From Pelagomonas calceolata (Eukaryota): a stretch of 64,000 nt of DNA. Shown here one piece after another: positions 1-11,293 of the stretch (positions are counted from its first letter, which is position 1; the number at the start of each line of letters is the position of its first letter). A program made the translations under genes and the position numbers. The notes below the pieces were generated by a model. That model was not told where the DNA came from, ran no database searches, and saw nothing but the letters and a program-made list of their open reading frames with translations. The DNA lies in assembly GCA_918797485.1 (NCBI GenBank), contig CAKKNE010000002.1:2604001-2668000 (forward strand). The letters run 5' to 3'.

Positions 1-1
1 C

Positions 2-106
2 CTGGGCGGCGGCCTCGGCGCCTACCTGTCGCTCCGCAAGGACGGCGTCGGCGAGAAGGCGGGCGAGTTCGGCTCGGCCGTGGTCAACAAGGTCAAGGAG
101 ATCTAA
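2..106 (+). CDS. 3' end of a gene running in from the left edge (…LGGGLGAYLSLRKDGVGEKAGEFGSAVVNKVKEI*)
   Basis: Open frame with GC3-rich codons ending at TAA 104-106, followed by a short AT-rich spacer like other 3' ends here. Confidence 0.6.
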   Translation: MGGGLGAYLSLRKDGVGEKAGEFGSAVVNKVKEI

Positions 107-138
107 ATTAACTATCTTACACACTTGGGGCACATAGC

Positions 139-660
139 TCAGAAGTCGTCGTCGTCGAACTCCTGGTCGCTCTCGGACTCGGCCTCGCCCGTGACGAGGG
201 ACCGCGCCTCGTCCGTCGTCCGCGCCATGATGTCGAAGACGCCCGTGAAGACCTCGCGCACGTGCTCCTTCGCGTGCGTGTAGGCCATCTTGCTGTACGG
301 CGTCGCGTTCGACGGGAACCACGACAGGAAGAACAACTTGTTCGCCGGCCGGCCGTCGTACGTCTTGTAGGCGTGGTCGAAGATGGCGTAGCGCGAGTCG
401 GCGTCCGGTAATGCTCTCAACAAAGCGTCGAGGTCCGCGTCCCTTTCACCAATGGTCTCGACGACGACGGCTTCCGTCTCCGGGTCGATCTTGTACACGA
501 CGTACCGGTGCTTCCTCCGGATCTTAAGCTGCGTGAAGACCTCCTTGCACCGGGGGTCGACGGAGCCGGCGGTCGCCTTGTTCGCGTACGTGATCTGCTC
601 GCCGCCCGTCTTCAGGTGGTTCTCCGTGCCGTCCTCGAGCTTGGCGACGTGCTGCGACAT
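139..660 (-). CDS. Actin-depolymerizing factor / cofilin (ADF-H domain)
   Basis: CKEVFTQLKIRRKHRYVVYKID, RYAIFD, KLFFLSWFPSNA..SKMAY typical of ADF/cofilin; likely ATG at 660 (MSQHVAK). Confidence 0.9.
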   Translation of the reverse strand: MSQHVAKLEDGTENHLKTGGEQITYANKATAGSVDPRCKEVFTQLKIRRKHRYVVYKIDPETEAVVVETIGERDADLDALLRALPDADSRYAIFDHAYKTYDGRPANKLFFLSWFPSNATPYSKMAYTHAKEHVREVFTGVFDIMARTTDEARSLVTGEAESESDQEFDDDDF

Positions 661-984
661 CGTTCCGCGCGCTCGTTTAGAGGGAGTGCTGTTTTTTGGC
701 AGCCTCTTGTGGCAGCGTCGCGGGTCGGTGGCGGGCTGGGTTTCGTTGGTTCTCAATCGTCTCGAGCACGCTGTCAAACGAAACGTGCGCTTTGGTTGAG
801 CTAGCGCCGCGTCGGCGCGCAGTGCTGCCGAGCAAAGCCTGGGCAGGCAGGCAGGCTTGGCAAGCAGTGCAGGAGCTGCGCAAAGCGCCGCCGGTGCACG
901 ACACATTTGTGTGCGTCACACGCGGTTCGTGCAGAACCGCTGCGGCGCACGCGGCCGAACCGCTGCGCGCGCGCCGACACCACA

Positions 985-1818
985 ATGCGGAGCACCATGC
1001 TCACGACCGCCGGCCTCCTCGTCGCCGCGGGCCTGAGGCCGACCACGCGGCTCTCCGCCAAGAGCATTTTTAGGGGCCCGGAGACGCCGACGCGCGAGGC
1101 GCGGGCGGCGAACGCCGCGCTCGCCGAGGCCGGCGAGTTGCTCAACGGCGGCGACGGCGAGGCGGCGGTCCACGCGCTGGTCATGCACGCCGACGCGCTG
1201 TTGGCGTGCGACGGCGCGACGCTCTCCGCGCTCTGTGGCGACGACGCCGCCCTCGCCGAGTTAACGAGCGACGTCCTCGAGGCGGTGTCGGAGGAGGCCC
1301 TCGATTTGGATCATGAGCGCAAAACACTGCTCAAGAAGCTCATCCAGGCGGCCCAGACGTCTGAGGAAGAGGTAGATCAAGTGCTCGAGGAGGCCGGCGA
1401 TCTATTGATCGAGACGGCCTTCGTCGACTATTTGGACGGCGAGGCGCAGCGCCTCGCCGCGGCGTCGGACGCGGAGGCGCGACTGCTCGAGTTGTTGGAT
1501 GCGCTGCGGTTCCGCGTGATCCAGGCCCTGGGCATGCAGATCTTCGGCGCGGGCGCGGAGGCCCTAAAACGCGTCCTGAGCATCGAAGACGCCGCGATGC
1601 GGGAGGAGGCGTTCCGGAACGCGCTGGAGTCCTGCGACGTGGACGCGCAGTGCGACTCGGCGGGCATCTTGGCCGCGCTGGACGAGACGCTGCGCGACGT
1701 CACGCTGCGTGGCGACGCGCACGAGGACCTCGTGGAGGCGCTGCAGAGCCTCGCGGAGATCGCGGCCGAGTACGACTTCGGCTACTCCGAGCCCGCCGAC
1801 GACGACGAGTCCCGATGA
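985..1818 (+). CDS. Hypothetical acidic helical protein with N-terminal signal/transit-like peptide
   Basis: Long ORF with coding-like codon bias; MRSTMLTTAGLLVAAGLRP hydrophobic N-terminus. Confidence 0.6.
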   Translation: MRSTMLTTAGLLVAAGLRPTTRLSAKSIFRGPETPTREARAANAALAEAGELLNGGDGEAAVHALVMHADALLACDGATLSALCGDDAALAELTSDVLEAVSEEALDLDHERKTLLKKLIQAAQTSEEEVDQVLEEAGDLLIETAFVDYLDGEAQRLAAASDAEARLLELLDALRFRVIQALGMQIFGAGAEALKRVLSIEDAAMREEAFRNALESCDVDAQCDSAGILAALDETLRDVTLRGDAHEDLVEALQSLAEIAAEYDFGYSEPADDDESR

Positions 1819-1988
1819 CGGGGTTTGCACGCACTGTCCGGTGTCACTGTACTGGACAATGTCTTTTTAACTAATCTTATGACGTATACTAGTCTCGAAT
1901 ACACCCGGTATTCTACACACAGCCAGCGTCGACGTCGTCTCCGATGCCGTAGCGCACTCGCGTCGTCTCCAATGCCCACATCACAAGA

Positions 1989-2567
1989 CTAAGACGCCTC
2001 ACGCTCGACGAAGACGAGATTGTCGGCGTTCTGGTAGACCTTCGGCTCGTAGCCGTACTCGCTCGCGTCTTCGGGAATCGCGACGTGGCGCGGGATGAGT
2101 TTCAGCGGCACGCTCGAGTCGATGACGCCAGCCTCCGACTGGAAGGGGGCCGTCGCAGCTATCAAGCCGTCCGGCGCCTGCTCGAGCGACCGGTCGAGCG
2201 TCACGCCCATCTTGTAAATAAGAGCTTTTTGGGCCGTCGTAGCACCAGCAACATCACAGCCGCTCTTGCAGGCCGCGTAGCCCGCGAGCCACCATCGCGT
2301 CGGTTGCGCGCGGCTCGCGATCCAGACGTCCGCCGCCTCGTCGTCTTTCCACTTCTCGAAGCCGTTGTGCGCGTCGACGACTTGCGACTTGAACGGCTTC
2401 TCGCTGCGGCCCTTTTCCCGCGGCGCGGCGCCGAAGCCGCCGCCCGCGGCCTTGAATTTCTTCTTGGAGGCCACAGCGATGACACGTCGCGACCGCGTCG
2501 GCGTGAGTGGTGCAAATGCGGCACAGCCGGCTAATGCGCTAAGCAGGAGCGCATTTATGAGCTGCAT
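1989..2567 (-). CDS. Hypothetical plastid-targeted protein
   Basis: MQLINALLLSALAGCAA-FAP: signal peptide followed by ASAFAP-like motif and a basic transit peptide. Confidence 0.65.
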   Translation of the reverse strand: MQLINALLLSALAGCAAFAPLTPTRSRRVIAVASKKKFKAAGGGFGAAPREKGRSEKPFKSQVVDAHNGFEKWKDDEAADVWIASRAQPTRWWLAGYAACKSGCDVAGATTAQKALIYKMGVTLDRSLEQAPDGLIAATAPFQSEAGVIDSSVPLKLIPRHVAIPEDASEYGYEPKVYQNADNLVFVEREAS

Positions 2568-2728
2568 GTTCGCACAGCCACTGCACCAAAAAGCTGCTGG
2601 GGCCAATGTGAGCGCAAGAACGGCAGCGTCGTTCCAGTAGCCACTCCTTCAGATGCTCGAATCGCGTGCGCAATGGTCGCACTGTCGCACAGGGACACTC
2701 AGAGCACTGCAGCCTCGGCCGACTGCAC

Positions 2729-2751
2729 CTAGCGTGCGCGCGACACACTAG
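2729..2751 (-). promoter_or_regulatory. CTAG dyad element, variant copy (rc CTAG-TGTGTCGCGCGCACG-CTAG)
   Basis: Two CTAGs 15 bp apart, TGTGTC...CG arms like copy 42119; about 160 bp upstream of ATG 2567. Confidence 0.45.
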
Positions 2752-2785
2752 CGCTCTTACCGGAACAAAAAGCAAACAAACAGGG

Positions 2786-4597
2786 CTATAAATCAGAGGG
2801 GGAGGAAACAGCCGCCATGGTGTGCGCCAGGTCCACGGGCGCGGCCCGGAAGTGGTGGAACGGCGTGTACGCGTCGAGGTTCGTCACCTTCGCGCAGTAG
2901 ACGTCCGCGTACTTCTCGATCTGGCGCGCGATGTGCGACTTGTCGTCGTGGCCCGCGCGTGTGAGGTAGCCCCAGTGGCGGTTGAAGGCCTCGCCGACGC
3001 GCGCCAACAGCGGCTCGAGCCGGTCGTCGACCTGCTTGACCGCCGCCCTTAGAGATACGACGTCCCTTCTATATTCCTCGGCATGCGCCTCGTCGGCTAA
3101 GCCGGGCGACGGCTGCCGGTCCTGGTCCCACCTTTCCAATGCTAGTCGCTTCACGTTCAGCTCGGACTCGAGGTTGTCCCTCTCTCCAAGTAACGCGTCG
3201 ATCTGCGCCGTCCTTCTCGTTTCTGTGGCCGCGGCTCTAATCTCCAAATCGAGCTCTTGCACGACGAGCGCGGTCCGCCAGCGCATCGATGCTTTTACCG
3301 CGTTCGCGTCCGTAAATAAATGATCGCCCACATACAGCAACTCGTCCTCCTTGCTGTTGAAGAGTTTCTCGACTAAGCGAGCCGACCCGCCGCAGTACAC
3401 CCTTCCACATCTCATCTGCTTCGCTTCCCTCAGTAGAGGCGCGCTCCCCGCGACGCGCTCCCGCGACCCGACCTCGTCCAAGGCGAGTTCGTAGAACGGC
3501 AGTTTTTCGGTGGTGAAGAACGCCGGCTTCCTCGCTGAGCACACGACTACATCGAACAAATCGCGCCAGTCCGCGCCGGACGGCTCGAGGTCGTCGCCGC
3601 AGACAAAACGCATCATCGTGTCTGTGTACCACCAGTCGCTGTTCGTGATGAGCGCGAGCTTCTTGCCCGAGCGGCGCTGGTCCGCGAGCATCCTTCTCAG
3701 CTTCTCGGGCTCGCGCTGCGTGTAGCGCGCCGGGTCCGCGAAGACGGCCTCCTTGATCTCGGACGGACTCGCCTTGCCGCCGTGCGCCCGCGCTAATGCC
3801 GACGAGACCGCTCGGTAGAGGTCCGCGTAGTTCGAGACCTTCGACGCGTCGAAGGGCGGGCTCGCGTCTCTTACTAACGCTCCCGAGTCCAATTTGCTCA
3901 CGAGCTGCGAGTACAGCACGCCCTCCGACACCGAGAACAGCGTGTTGAGGAAGGAGAAGCGCCGATCTCTCAAATCGACGAGTTTCCGGCCGTAGAGCTC
4001 CTCCAGCTCGTCCGGCGCGAGGCGCCGCTTGCCGTGCATCGCTCGACGCACGAAGCCGTGCCTATCTATTTTGAGGAAGTTGCCCCGTTCCGTGTCGATC
4101 ACGAGGCCTCGGCAGGCGAGGTCCGGGTCGTCAAATTCTAAATCCGAGACGGGAAAGCCGAGGTACTCGAGGCACGCCTTCGCGCACGCGTAGGCCAAGG
4201 CCTCCCACTCGCGCCACTTGTAGTGCACGATCGTGTAGTCCATATCATAACCTATAACCTTGATGTTCTCGAGCTTCAGGTCCCGGCTGCAGAACACGCG
4301 CGACTCCCGCTTCGGGGTCTGCGCCGGCGTGGCCGACGCGTACGGCAGCTCGTTCGTCAACGACGTCTTGTCGTAGGTCGTGGACGAGCCGTAGCCGATG
4401 GCGTGCTTCTGGCGCGTCGCGTTCTTCCGGAGGTCCGAAACGAAATCGCTCGACGGCGTCGAGAGCTCCTCGGTCGGCGCCAAAACCTCGTCGCCGTGGA
4501 CGTCCTCAACACTCTTCAGCTGGATGCGGTGGCGGCGCGGCGTCGGGGCGAAGCTCCGCAAACCGGGCAGGAAGGCGAGGCACAGCAGCGCGCGCAT
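2786..4597 (-). CDS. HAD-IG family 5'-nucleotidase (cN-II-like), predicted plastid-targeted
   Basis: VFCSRDLKLENIKVIGYDMDYT (motif I), LITNS, ARKP, LYVGDHLFTD; N-terminus MRALLCLAFLPGLRS-FAP. Confidence 0.9.
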   Translation of the reverse strand: MRALLCLAFLPGLRSFAPTPRRHRIQLKSVEDVHGDEVLAPTEELSTPSSDFVSDLRKNATRQKHAIGYGSSTTYDKTSLTNELPYASATPAQTPKRESRVFCSRDLKLENIKVIGYDMDYTIVHYKWREWEALAYACAKACLEYLGFPVSDLEFDDPDLACRGLVIDTERGNFLKIDRHGFVRRAMHGKRRLAPDELEELYGRKLVDLRDRRFSFLNTLFSVSEGVLYSQLVSKLDSGALVRDASPPFDASKVSNYADLYRAVSSALARAHGGKASPSEIKEAVFADPARYTQREPEKLRRMLADQRRSGKKLALITNSDWWYTDTMMRFVCGDDLEPSGADWRDLFDVVVCSARKPAFFTTEKLPFYELALDEVGSRERVAGSAPLLREAKQMRCGRVYCGGSARLVEKLFNSKEDELLYVGDHLFTDANAVKASMRWRTALVVQELDLEIRAAATETRRTAQIDALLGERDNLESELNVKRLALERWDQDRQPSPGLADEAHAEEYRRDVVSLRAAVKQVDDRLEPLLARVGEAFNRHWGYLTRAGHDDKSHIARQIEKYADVYCAKVTNLDAYTPFHHFRAAPVDLAHTMAAVSSPSDL

Positions 4598-4802
4598 GGT
4601 AGCTTTGTGGTGGCACCGCGTCGGAGGCAGAGGGGCTGCAACCACGTGCAGCTCTGGTGGTCTAAATCTAGGGGTGCGCTCGCCTTGGCAAACGTTAGCC
4701 GTGCGTCTTAAAAACAGCTATTGGAAGCGAACTTCTTGCCTGGCCTTCAGCGAACCAAAAACTCGCGAACGGCGGGTGTGAATCAGCTGCAAATCCGAGT
4801 AT

Positions 4803-4823
4803 CTAGCGGCTGTAAGACACTAG
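4803..4823 (-). promoter_or_regulatory. CTAG dyad element (rc CTAG-TGTCTTACAGCCG-CTAG)
   Basis: Close match to the window consensus; about 205 bp upstream of the nucleotidase ATG; flanked by an A-tract. Confidence 0.7.
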
Positions 4824-4912
4824 AAAAAAAAAAGACGCTCACAGAGGCACCGGGCGAACGTTGCACATTGTTCGGGGGGGTTTGCCGAGGCGGTTCTGCT
4901 TAGAAGGAGGTC

Positions 4913-4947
4913 GCTGTTATGAAAGAAGCGGCCCGCGCCCGCCGCCG
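4913..4947 (+). repeat. Dispersed 35-bp repeat, copy 1 (GCTGTTATGAAAGAAGCGGCCCGCGCCCGCCGCCG)
   Basis: 32/35 identical to 35922-35956. Confidence 0.8.
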
Positions 4948-5062
4948 ATGAATCGGCGACGCGCGGTGTCTCCCCCCCAGGGGCTCCGCCCACTAGTCCT
5001 AGCACCGTAACATCGTTTACTCACAGAGGCAATCAAAAATCAACAAGAAAATAGAAATTAAA

Positions 5063-8000
5063 TCACAGAAGATGCGTCGGCGACCGCGGGCGCGGAGACG
5101 GCGACCGCGGCTCCTCCGGCGGCGCCGTGCTCGTTACCCAGACCTCGCCCTCGTCGCCGAAGTGCTCGAGCACGAAGGACGACTCCGCCTCGAATATTTC
5201 TAGTGTCATGCCCGGCGCCTTGGCTCGCAGCGCCAGCGAGTGTACCTTGCACGTGTACACGCCGACGCCCGGGTGCCGATCTAACGTCTGCCGCGCCGCG
5301 ACGTAGACCCGCGCCAGCAACGAGAGCCCGGCGACGAGGCCCTCCCTCTGGTTCGAGCCCGCTAACGCCCGCACGTTCCGCAACAAGTCCGGCGCATAGT
5401 AGATGAGGATCCCCCACCCGTCGTCGACGCCCGTCGCGTTGAGCTCGCCCATCAATACCGCCTGGACGTCGAGGTCCAGGAGGCCGAACGCGCCCTTCAG
5501 GACGACCGCTTCGCCCGGCGTCGTCAGGCGCAGCATCAGGGCCAGGCGCACCAGGTGCCGCTCGCTCCGATTTTGAGCGTCGAAGGCGAAGTTTAGTAAA
5601 GACGCCCTGATACTAAGGAACTCGTCGTAGACGCGCGCCGCGCCCACCGTGCCGTCTTCCAAGCGCAGCAGCGCCTCGATGGCGCCCCGCATATTTTTCA
5701 GCAGGCCGGGCACGCGCCAGAAGGCAGGAACCCGCAGGATCCAGAGCAACAACGCGAAGCGACACAACCGGGGCCCGTCGCGATCCCTCGCTAATCTTCG
5801 TAATGAAAGCAAGGACGCGGGCAACGATTCGCCCTGGGCGAACTGCATAAGGTTGAAATTAGCGCCGATGACCCGTCGCACCCGATCCTGCAGATGCGGC
5901 GCCAAGCGCCGGTAGGACGGTAGCAATTCAGGACACGCGGCCATGGCGTTTCTCAACGTGCGGTCATGGTCTACAGATTCCAATCTAGTTTCGCGGGAGA
6001 CATCCTCTGCGAAGGCCGAGACTTTGCCCACGCCCGAACCTGTGTGGAAATCAAATGTCGGACGCAGTCGTCCCCGTAGCTGCATCTGCTCGATGGCGTG
6101 TAGATTCCACACCGCCCAAAACAAGCCAATGCAACCAAAAGCGCGTCCAAATTGGCCGCTCGGGCCTCGAGGTAGCTCGTCCGGGCCTCGTCCGGTGCCG
6201 CGGCGACGCCCGCCGTACTCCCGAGCACGGGACCGAAGAGCTCGTGCTTGAGAAACGTCACGTCTTCCCGCGAGAGCTTCTCGACCTCTTTCTCATTGGA
6301 CAGGATGCGCACGACGACTTCGATCGATTGCATACGGTTCTTGTACTCGACGTTCGCCGACGTCCCATCTGTCAGCGTCTGATCCACGAAAAAGGCGACC
6401 TCCGGATACAAGGCGCTACACCGCCGCGCGAGGTACGGCGTGCTGTGGTACTCCCGGTCCTCGTCCTCGACGACGTGGCCACATGCTGTGAGGGCGGCGC
6501 CGCGGATGTCGCCCTTCTTGAGCAACCCCTCAATATCGTCTTGATCGAGCAGATCGTCGTCCAGATCCTGCACGACGGGCGCATGGCTCCTACTCCCCCA
6601 CACCTGGTCCGCATCCACGTCGAACTTGTGCTCCACGCGGTGTTGGAGCTTGGACAGGTTCCCCACGAAGTCGTCCTTCGATCTCTGAAAACAATCGAAG
6701 AAGTAGTTCGACACTTTCGATACCAGATTGTCGCGGTGGTGGGTCACCATGCCGTGCTGCACGAAGCACCAGAACTTTGAGGACCGGTTGTGGGCTTTGA
6801 CGATCTTTTCGGACAGCATGGCGATCAACAACGTCATCAGGAGCAATCCTACGGTCAACAGATAGGCCACGGTCAACGCGGCTCTCGTAGCCGCCCCGGC
6901 GGTGCGCTTCGAGAGGATGTCCCAGTACGTCACTTCGCCGAACGGACTTCCAAATTTCATCCCTAGGGACGTCGCCAGCGACCCGTAGTGGTCGTCGGAC
7001 CACGCATATAAGATGTATTCGGCGGACGCGAAGGCCATACAAGCTAATAAAAAGAAGACGACCCAGACCGCTAACGATCGCACCATAAAAATGATATCCA
7101 GCATCAGGATCGCGGCGCGCCGCCACACCCTCAAATGCTGGAGCAGGCGCGCCCAGGCGACGAACGACGCCGCCGCCAGCACCTGGATGTGCCGGTCGGC
7201 CCATTTGAACTGCTCGTCGGCGGCGACCCAGCCGTCCTCGTCGTGCAACCCAATGCTCCCGTCGGTTTGCTTCATGCGGATCGCGAAGTAGGCCACGCTC
7301 AGCGCGAACAGCGTCCAATCCAATAGGTTCGCCGGGTTCGATAAATAGGTCGTCCGTTCCTTGCGGAACTGCATGATTTCCTGGCCGATGAAGAAGAGTA
7401 CCAGTAAAGCGCAGGCGATTTCCAGGCCGAGCACGGTGTGCTGCGACCCGTCCTCGTCCTCGTTGTCCGCCACGCCGCCGCCGCCGCCTCCTTTCAAATA
7501 GGGCCACGCGCGCGCCGCCCGCGTCTCGACGTAGGCGACGCCGCCGCCGCCCTCCGCGGGGAACTCTATGACAAAATCGACCCTGCAAAATAAATTGGCG
7601 TTCGCATTATATACAGTCAGGCGAATGTCTACGGCTCGCGTCGCGGCGTCGATCCACTGTGAGGTTTGGAGGCGGTCAATCATCAAACGCCGCGCCGTCG
7701 CGTTGACGGACGACAGGTCCACCGCAAAACCGCCCGCGGGGTAGCTCTCCCTTGATAAACGCCGCGAGATGCCCCTCCTATCTAACTTTTTGCCCGATCG
7801 CCACAAGAAGCCCTCCTCCTGGAGACCGTAGGCCGTCTCGGAGAGCATGGACTTCGACCCCCGCCACCACGGCTTCGCGTCGGCCCCCGGCCGGAAACAA
7901 AAGCCCACCACATCATCTAAGCGATCCGGCACGTCACACGTGCTGGATCGGCTGCGCCACTGCGTCAGGCGCGCCCGCCCGAGGACCACGCCGAACCCGG

Positions 8001-10983
8001 GCAGCACCGCCCTGTCGTTCAAGGGTACTTTCGTGGAGCCGTCCCAGCGCACCGGCGCCTCCTCCGCCAGCGCTTCGTGGAACGTCGTCCGCAGAAACGA
8101 ATAGACGTCGTCCGCGGACCGTACGTCGTCAAAGCTCAAGCCATTCGACTTGCGCGCCGCGACCGATTCGCCGTCGAAGGCCTTCGCAAGCCCGGTGGCG
8201 AAGGCCGAGGTCGCGCCCCGCCGCGCGCCGCCTTCGATGCACGCCGTGCCCAGGGCCGTCAAACAGCCCACAAAAACCAAATACAAGAGTAACGTTGCTA
8301 CGGAACCCGCGAAGCACCGTCGCGACCACACCGTGCCCACCGCCTTTTGGATGCGCGCGTCGCCGAACAATAAGTCGTATAAGGCGTCGCCTTCCAGATG
8401 CCGGAGACCGTCGTCGTCGTCATCCGACTCGCGGATGGTCAGGCGACTGCCAAACGAGAAGGGCCGCTTGACGAGCGGTGGCCTCTGCGACTCTTCGTCG
8501 TTCAACGAGCGGCTCGACGTGCCGATGGAATCACTTAAACTTCGGATCCAGCTCCCCGTCCTCGTGACCAGTTCCACGGGCTGGTCGATCTGCCTTCTGG
8601 ACTGGTCCGCGTGGACGCGATCCAACCGCCTCCGGTTAAAGTTGAAGCAGTGCTTCTGGAGCGGCTCCGAGAAGGCTTGGAGTCCGGCCTTATTCCTCAG
8701 ATTCAAATCCGCGCCGTGCTTCAGGAGCTGTTCCACGACGCCCTCGAACACGTAGCGCTCCTTCTGTCTTCTCCTATTAACTCGAGGCGAGTTCGCCCGC
8801 TTCGAATCGACGCGCGGGTTCTCGTCCAATCGCGCGATGCTCCGCTCGTCGATGGACAGACCGCGATCCACCGTGTGGTACCTCAGCAACGCAACATGTA
8901 AGGGCGTGTCCAGCCACTCGTTTGGGGCATTGACGTGGGCCCCATGGGATAATAAAACAGTAAGAGCACCGGTCGCGCCGGCCCGAGCCGCCGCGAGTAA
9001 AGGTGTATTTCCATCCTCGTTCCTCGCGTTCACGTCGGCGTTGTACTCGAGGAGCTTCCGGCAGATCGCGGCGTGCTTCCTATCGGCCGCTAGATGCAGC
9101 GGCGTGTGGCCCCGCTTATCACTCACCCCGACTTCCGCGGCGCCGTGCACACAAAGCGCGGTGATGGTCTCGACTTGTTCTATGTGGCAGAGGGCGGCCA
9201 GATGCAGCGCGGTCCTTTGCTTGTCGGTATCCTTGACGTTCGCGTCGATGTCTTCACACAAGCTTTTCCTATGCAAAGGGTCGCACAAAGCTTCGACGAC
9301 CTTCACATAACCTAACGCGGCGGCGTGCATCAACGCCGTCCTTCCCTCAAGATCTCGCGCATTGATCTTGACCCGCGTCTCTCCCCCGTACCACGCCGCC
9401 GGCCAGCCCTGCGTGTGCAGGGTTAACCTCTTCACGAGCGCGGCGTCTCCGAGAATAGACGCTTCGTGCAACGCCGTCCGTCCCTGGCCGTTCGTCGCCG
9501 AGAGGTCGCAGAGGTGGAAGGACGCGCCGCGGGCGTCCTCGTACGGTCTCAACAGGACTTCCACAACTTCCTTCTTGCGCTTCCGAATGGCGTGCAATAA
9601 CGGCGACCGGTCGGCATCCCCGAGGTCCATATCTAAGGCGTCCCGCCGCCTCGTCTTCAGCACTCGAGCTCGCGCCTCGTACAACGCCTCGACGACTCGT
9701 GTCAGGCCCTTCTCGACCGCCAACCGATACACGTCGCGGGCCCATGCTTCCGTCTCGTCGGTGCGCAACCACGCGCCGTGCTCGAGTAACAGAATAGAAG
9801 CCGCTTCCCGCCCGTGGGCCACCGCGACTTTGAGCGGTCTACTCCCCGCGGCGTCCGCGGTGCGCGCCGAGGCGCCCCAGTCCTCTAATAAAGTCTTCAG
9901 CATGTGGACCTGGTTCCTTAGTACAGCATGCATCACGGCCGTCCGCCCGCGCACGTCCCGCTCGTTCACGATGGTGCTCATCCTCGCTCCACTTAAACTT
10001 CGCAGCGCGTCGGCGACGTTGTCCCTTCCGTAGGTCGCCGCGAGCATCAGCGCCGTGCGGCCCCGGTCGTCCTTCACACCAAGGACGTCCACGCCACTAT
10101 TCACAAATTTTTGCAGGAGGAAGTCGTGGCCGCGGTGGGCGGCCGCGAGGGCCTCGCGCGCGACGAGCGATTGTGCTTTTTGTGATGCGCCCAGCGCCCT
10201 GAAAGCACGTACACGTTCATTCAACGTGGCCCGGTCGTCGGCCCGTGCCAGCGACCACTGCGGCATCTCGTCCCTCAGAAATTGCTCGTCGGTTTCCGGT
10301 AGGGCTATTACTGGCACGTCAAACGTCAAACCTTGAGCTGTCGCTCTTCTAGCGAGCGCCTCCGTCACGACGATTAGTCGAGCGCCGCCAGCTAAGGCTC
10401 TCTTCGCGCGCCTCGCGAAGAGGTCCAAGTTGAGACCCTCGGCCTCCGTCAAGGCGATGCGGTGCGCTCCATCCTCATTCACCTCCGTGTCCTGGGCCAC
10501 GCGCCAGACGCGGCCGTAGATGCCATCCTGAGGCATCGCCGTCCCGATCTCCGCCACGCGGCACGGGTGCGCGATGCCCGTCAGCTCCAGCACGGCGTAG
10601 GTCTGGTCATCGTCTTCGTCGACGCGCGTCAGCGAGTACCAGGACAGGCCCCGCCCGTAGTTCTGCTGTATCACGGTGCGCACCGCCTTCTTGAAATTCA
10701 AACCAGTCGAGAGAGCGCGTACGGCGGGCGGCCGCGGCGGGTCGGGCCTCGTTATTTCCTCGTCGTCGTCCTCGATCGCGCGGCGCGGCGGCGGCGACCG
10801 CCGGCCGGCGCGCAGCTTCTGCACGCGGCGCTTCTCGGGAGAGGTGAGGTCCATGTCCTGTCTTCTGCTCGTGCTCCGGGCGGTCTCGGGCTGCCCTTTT
10901 TGAGTCGAGACGTGAAGACGACGGTCTGAAGCCCTCGCAGCAACCACGACTGGCAACGCTCTCGTCCGCAGCGCCCTATGCAA
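5063..10983 (-). CDS. Large ankyrin-repeat polycystin-2/TRP-like cation channel; PA-like N-terminal domain and extra C-terminal domain; two exons (intron ~6040-6110/6122)
   Basis: >10 ankyrin repeats (GRTALM.AA, GHTPLHLAA, GNTPLLAAA); polycystin-domain signatures (LG..RL.Q.R, YPAGGF.VDL, WIDAATRAV, YNANANLF..V..VIEFP..G); six-TM block ending LLMTLLIAML; GT-AG intron joins the 1670-aa and 353-aa ORFs in frame; alternative start 10854. Confidence 0.8.
6040..6122 (-). mobile_element. Introner-like intron with terminal inverted repeats
   Basis: Minus strand GT...GATTTCCACACAG; TIR GTGTGGAATC / GATTTCCACAC; carries CACGCCATCGAGCAGATGCAG shared with 53658-53678; donor at 6122 or 6110 both restore frame. 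Confidence 0.7.
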
Positions 10984-11108
10984 GCGGAGGCGACTCCCAG
11001 ACTCCAGTCTTGGTTTGATCTCGATGTCGGGTGCGGGAGGGCTGTGTCGAGGAGTCTGAGAGCGACCTTAGCTTTGTCTGATGTCATTTCAACGGGTTGG
11101 GAAGCTTG

Positions 11109-11130
11109 CTAGTGTCTTACAGGCCGCTAG
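11109..11130 (+). promoter_or_regulatory. CTAG dyad element (GCTTG-CTAG-TGTCTTACAGGCCG-CTAG-C)
   Basis: Consensus copy between divergent channel and NAT-fusion genes. Confidence 0.75.
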
Positions 11131-11293
11131 CCCGGTTCAGCTGCTTCTCCCTATCGAGTGATAAAACGCCACAAGTGCAACATTCTGTCGCGTTGAGGTT
11201 AGGAAGATAGCGTGCATTGCTACGGCAGTGCGGGACAGCTCGGCATTTTGAAAGGCTCTCCTTCAGCTACAGGCTGAAGGCTGGCACCGCAGT

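Noticed and set aside
4694..4722. TTAGCCGTGCGTCTTAAAAACAGCTA as a second dyad
   Set aside because: Neither CTAG arm is intact; a good copy already exists at 4803
5063..6124. 353-aa ORF as an independent gene
   Set aside because: Its start lies in repeat-derived intron sequence overlapping the channel ORF; better explained as the last exon
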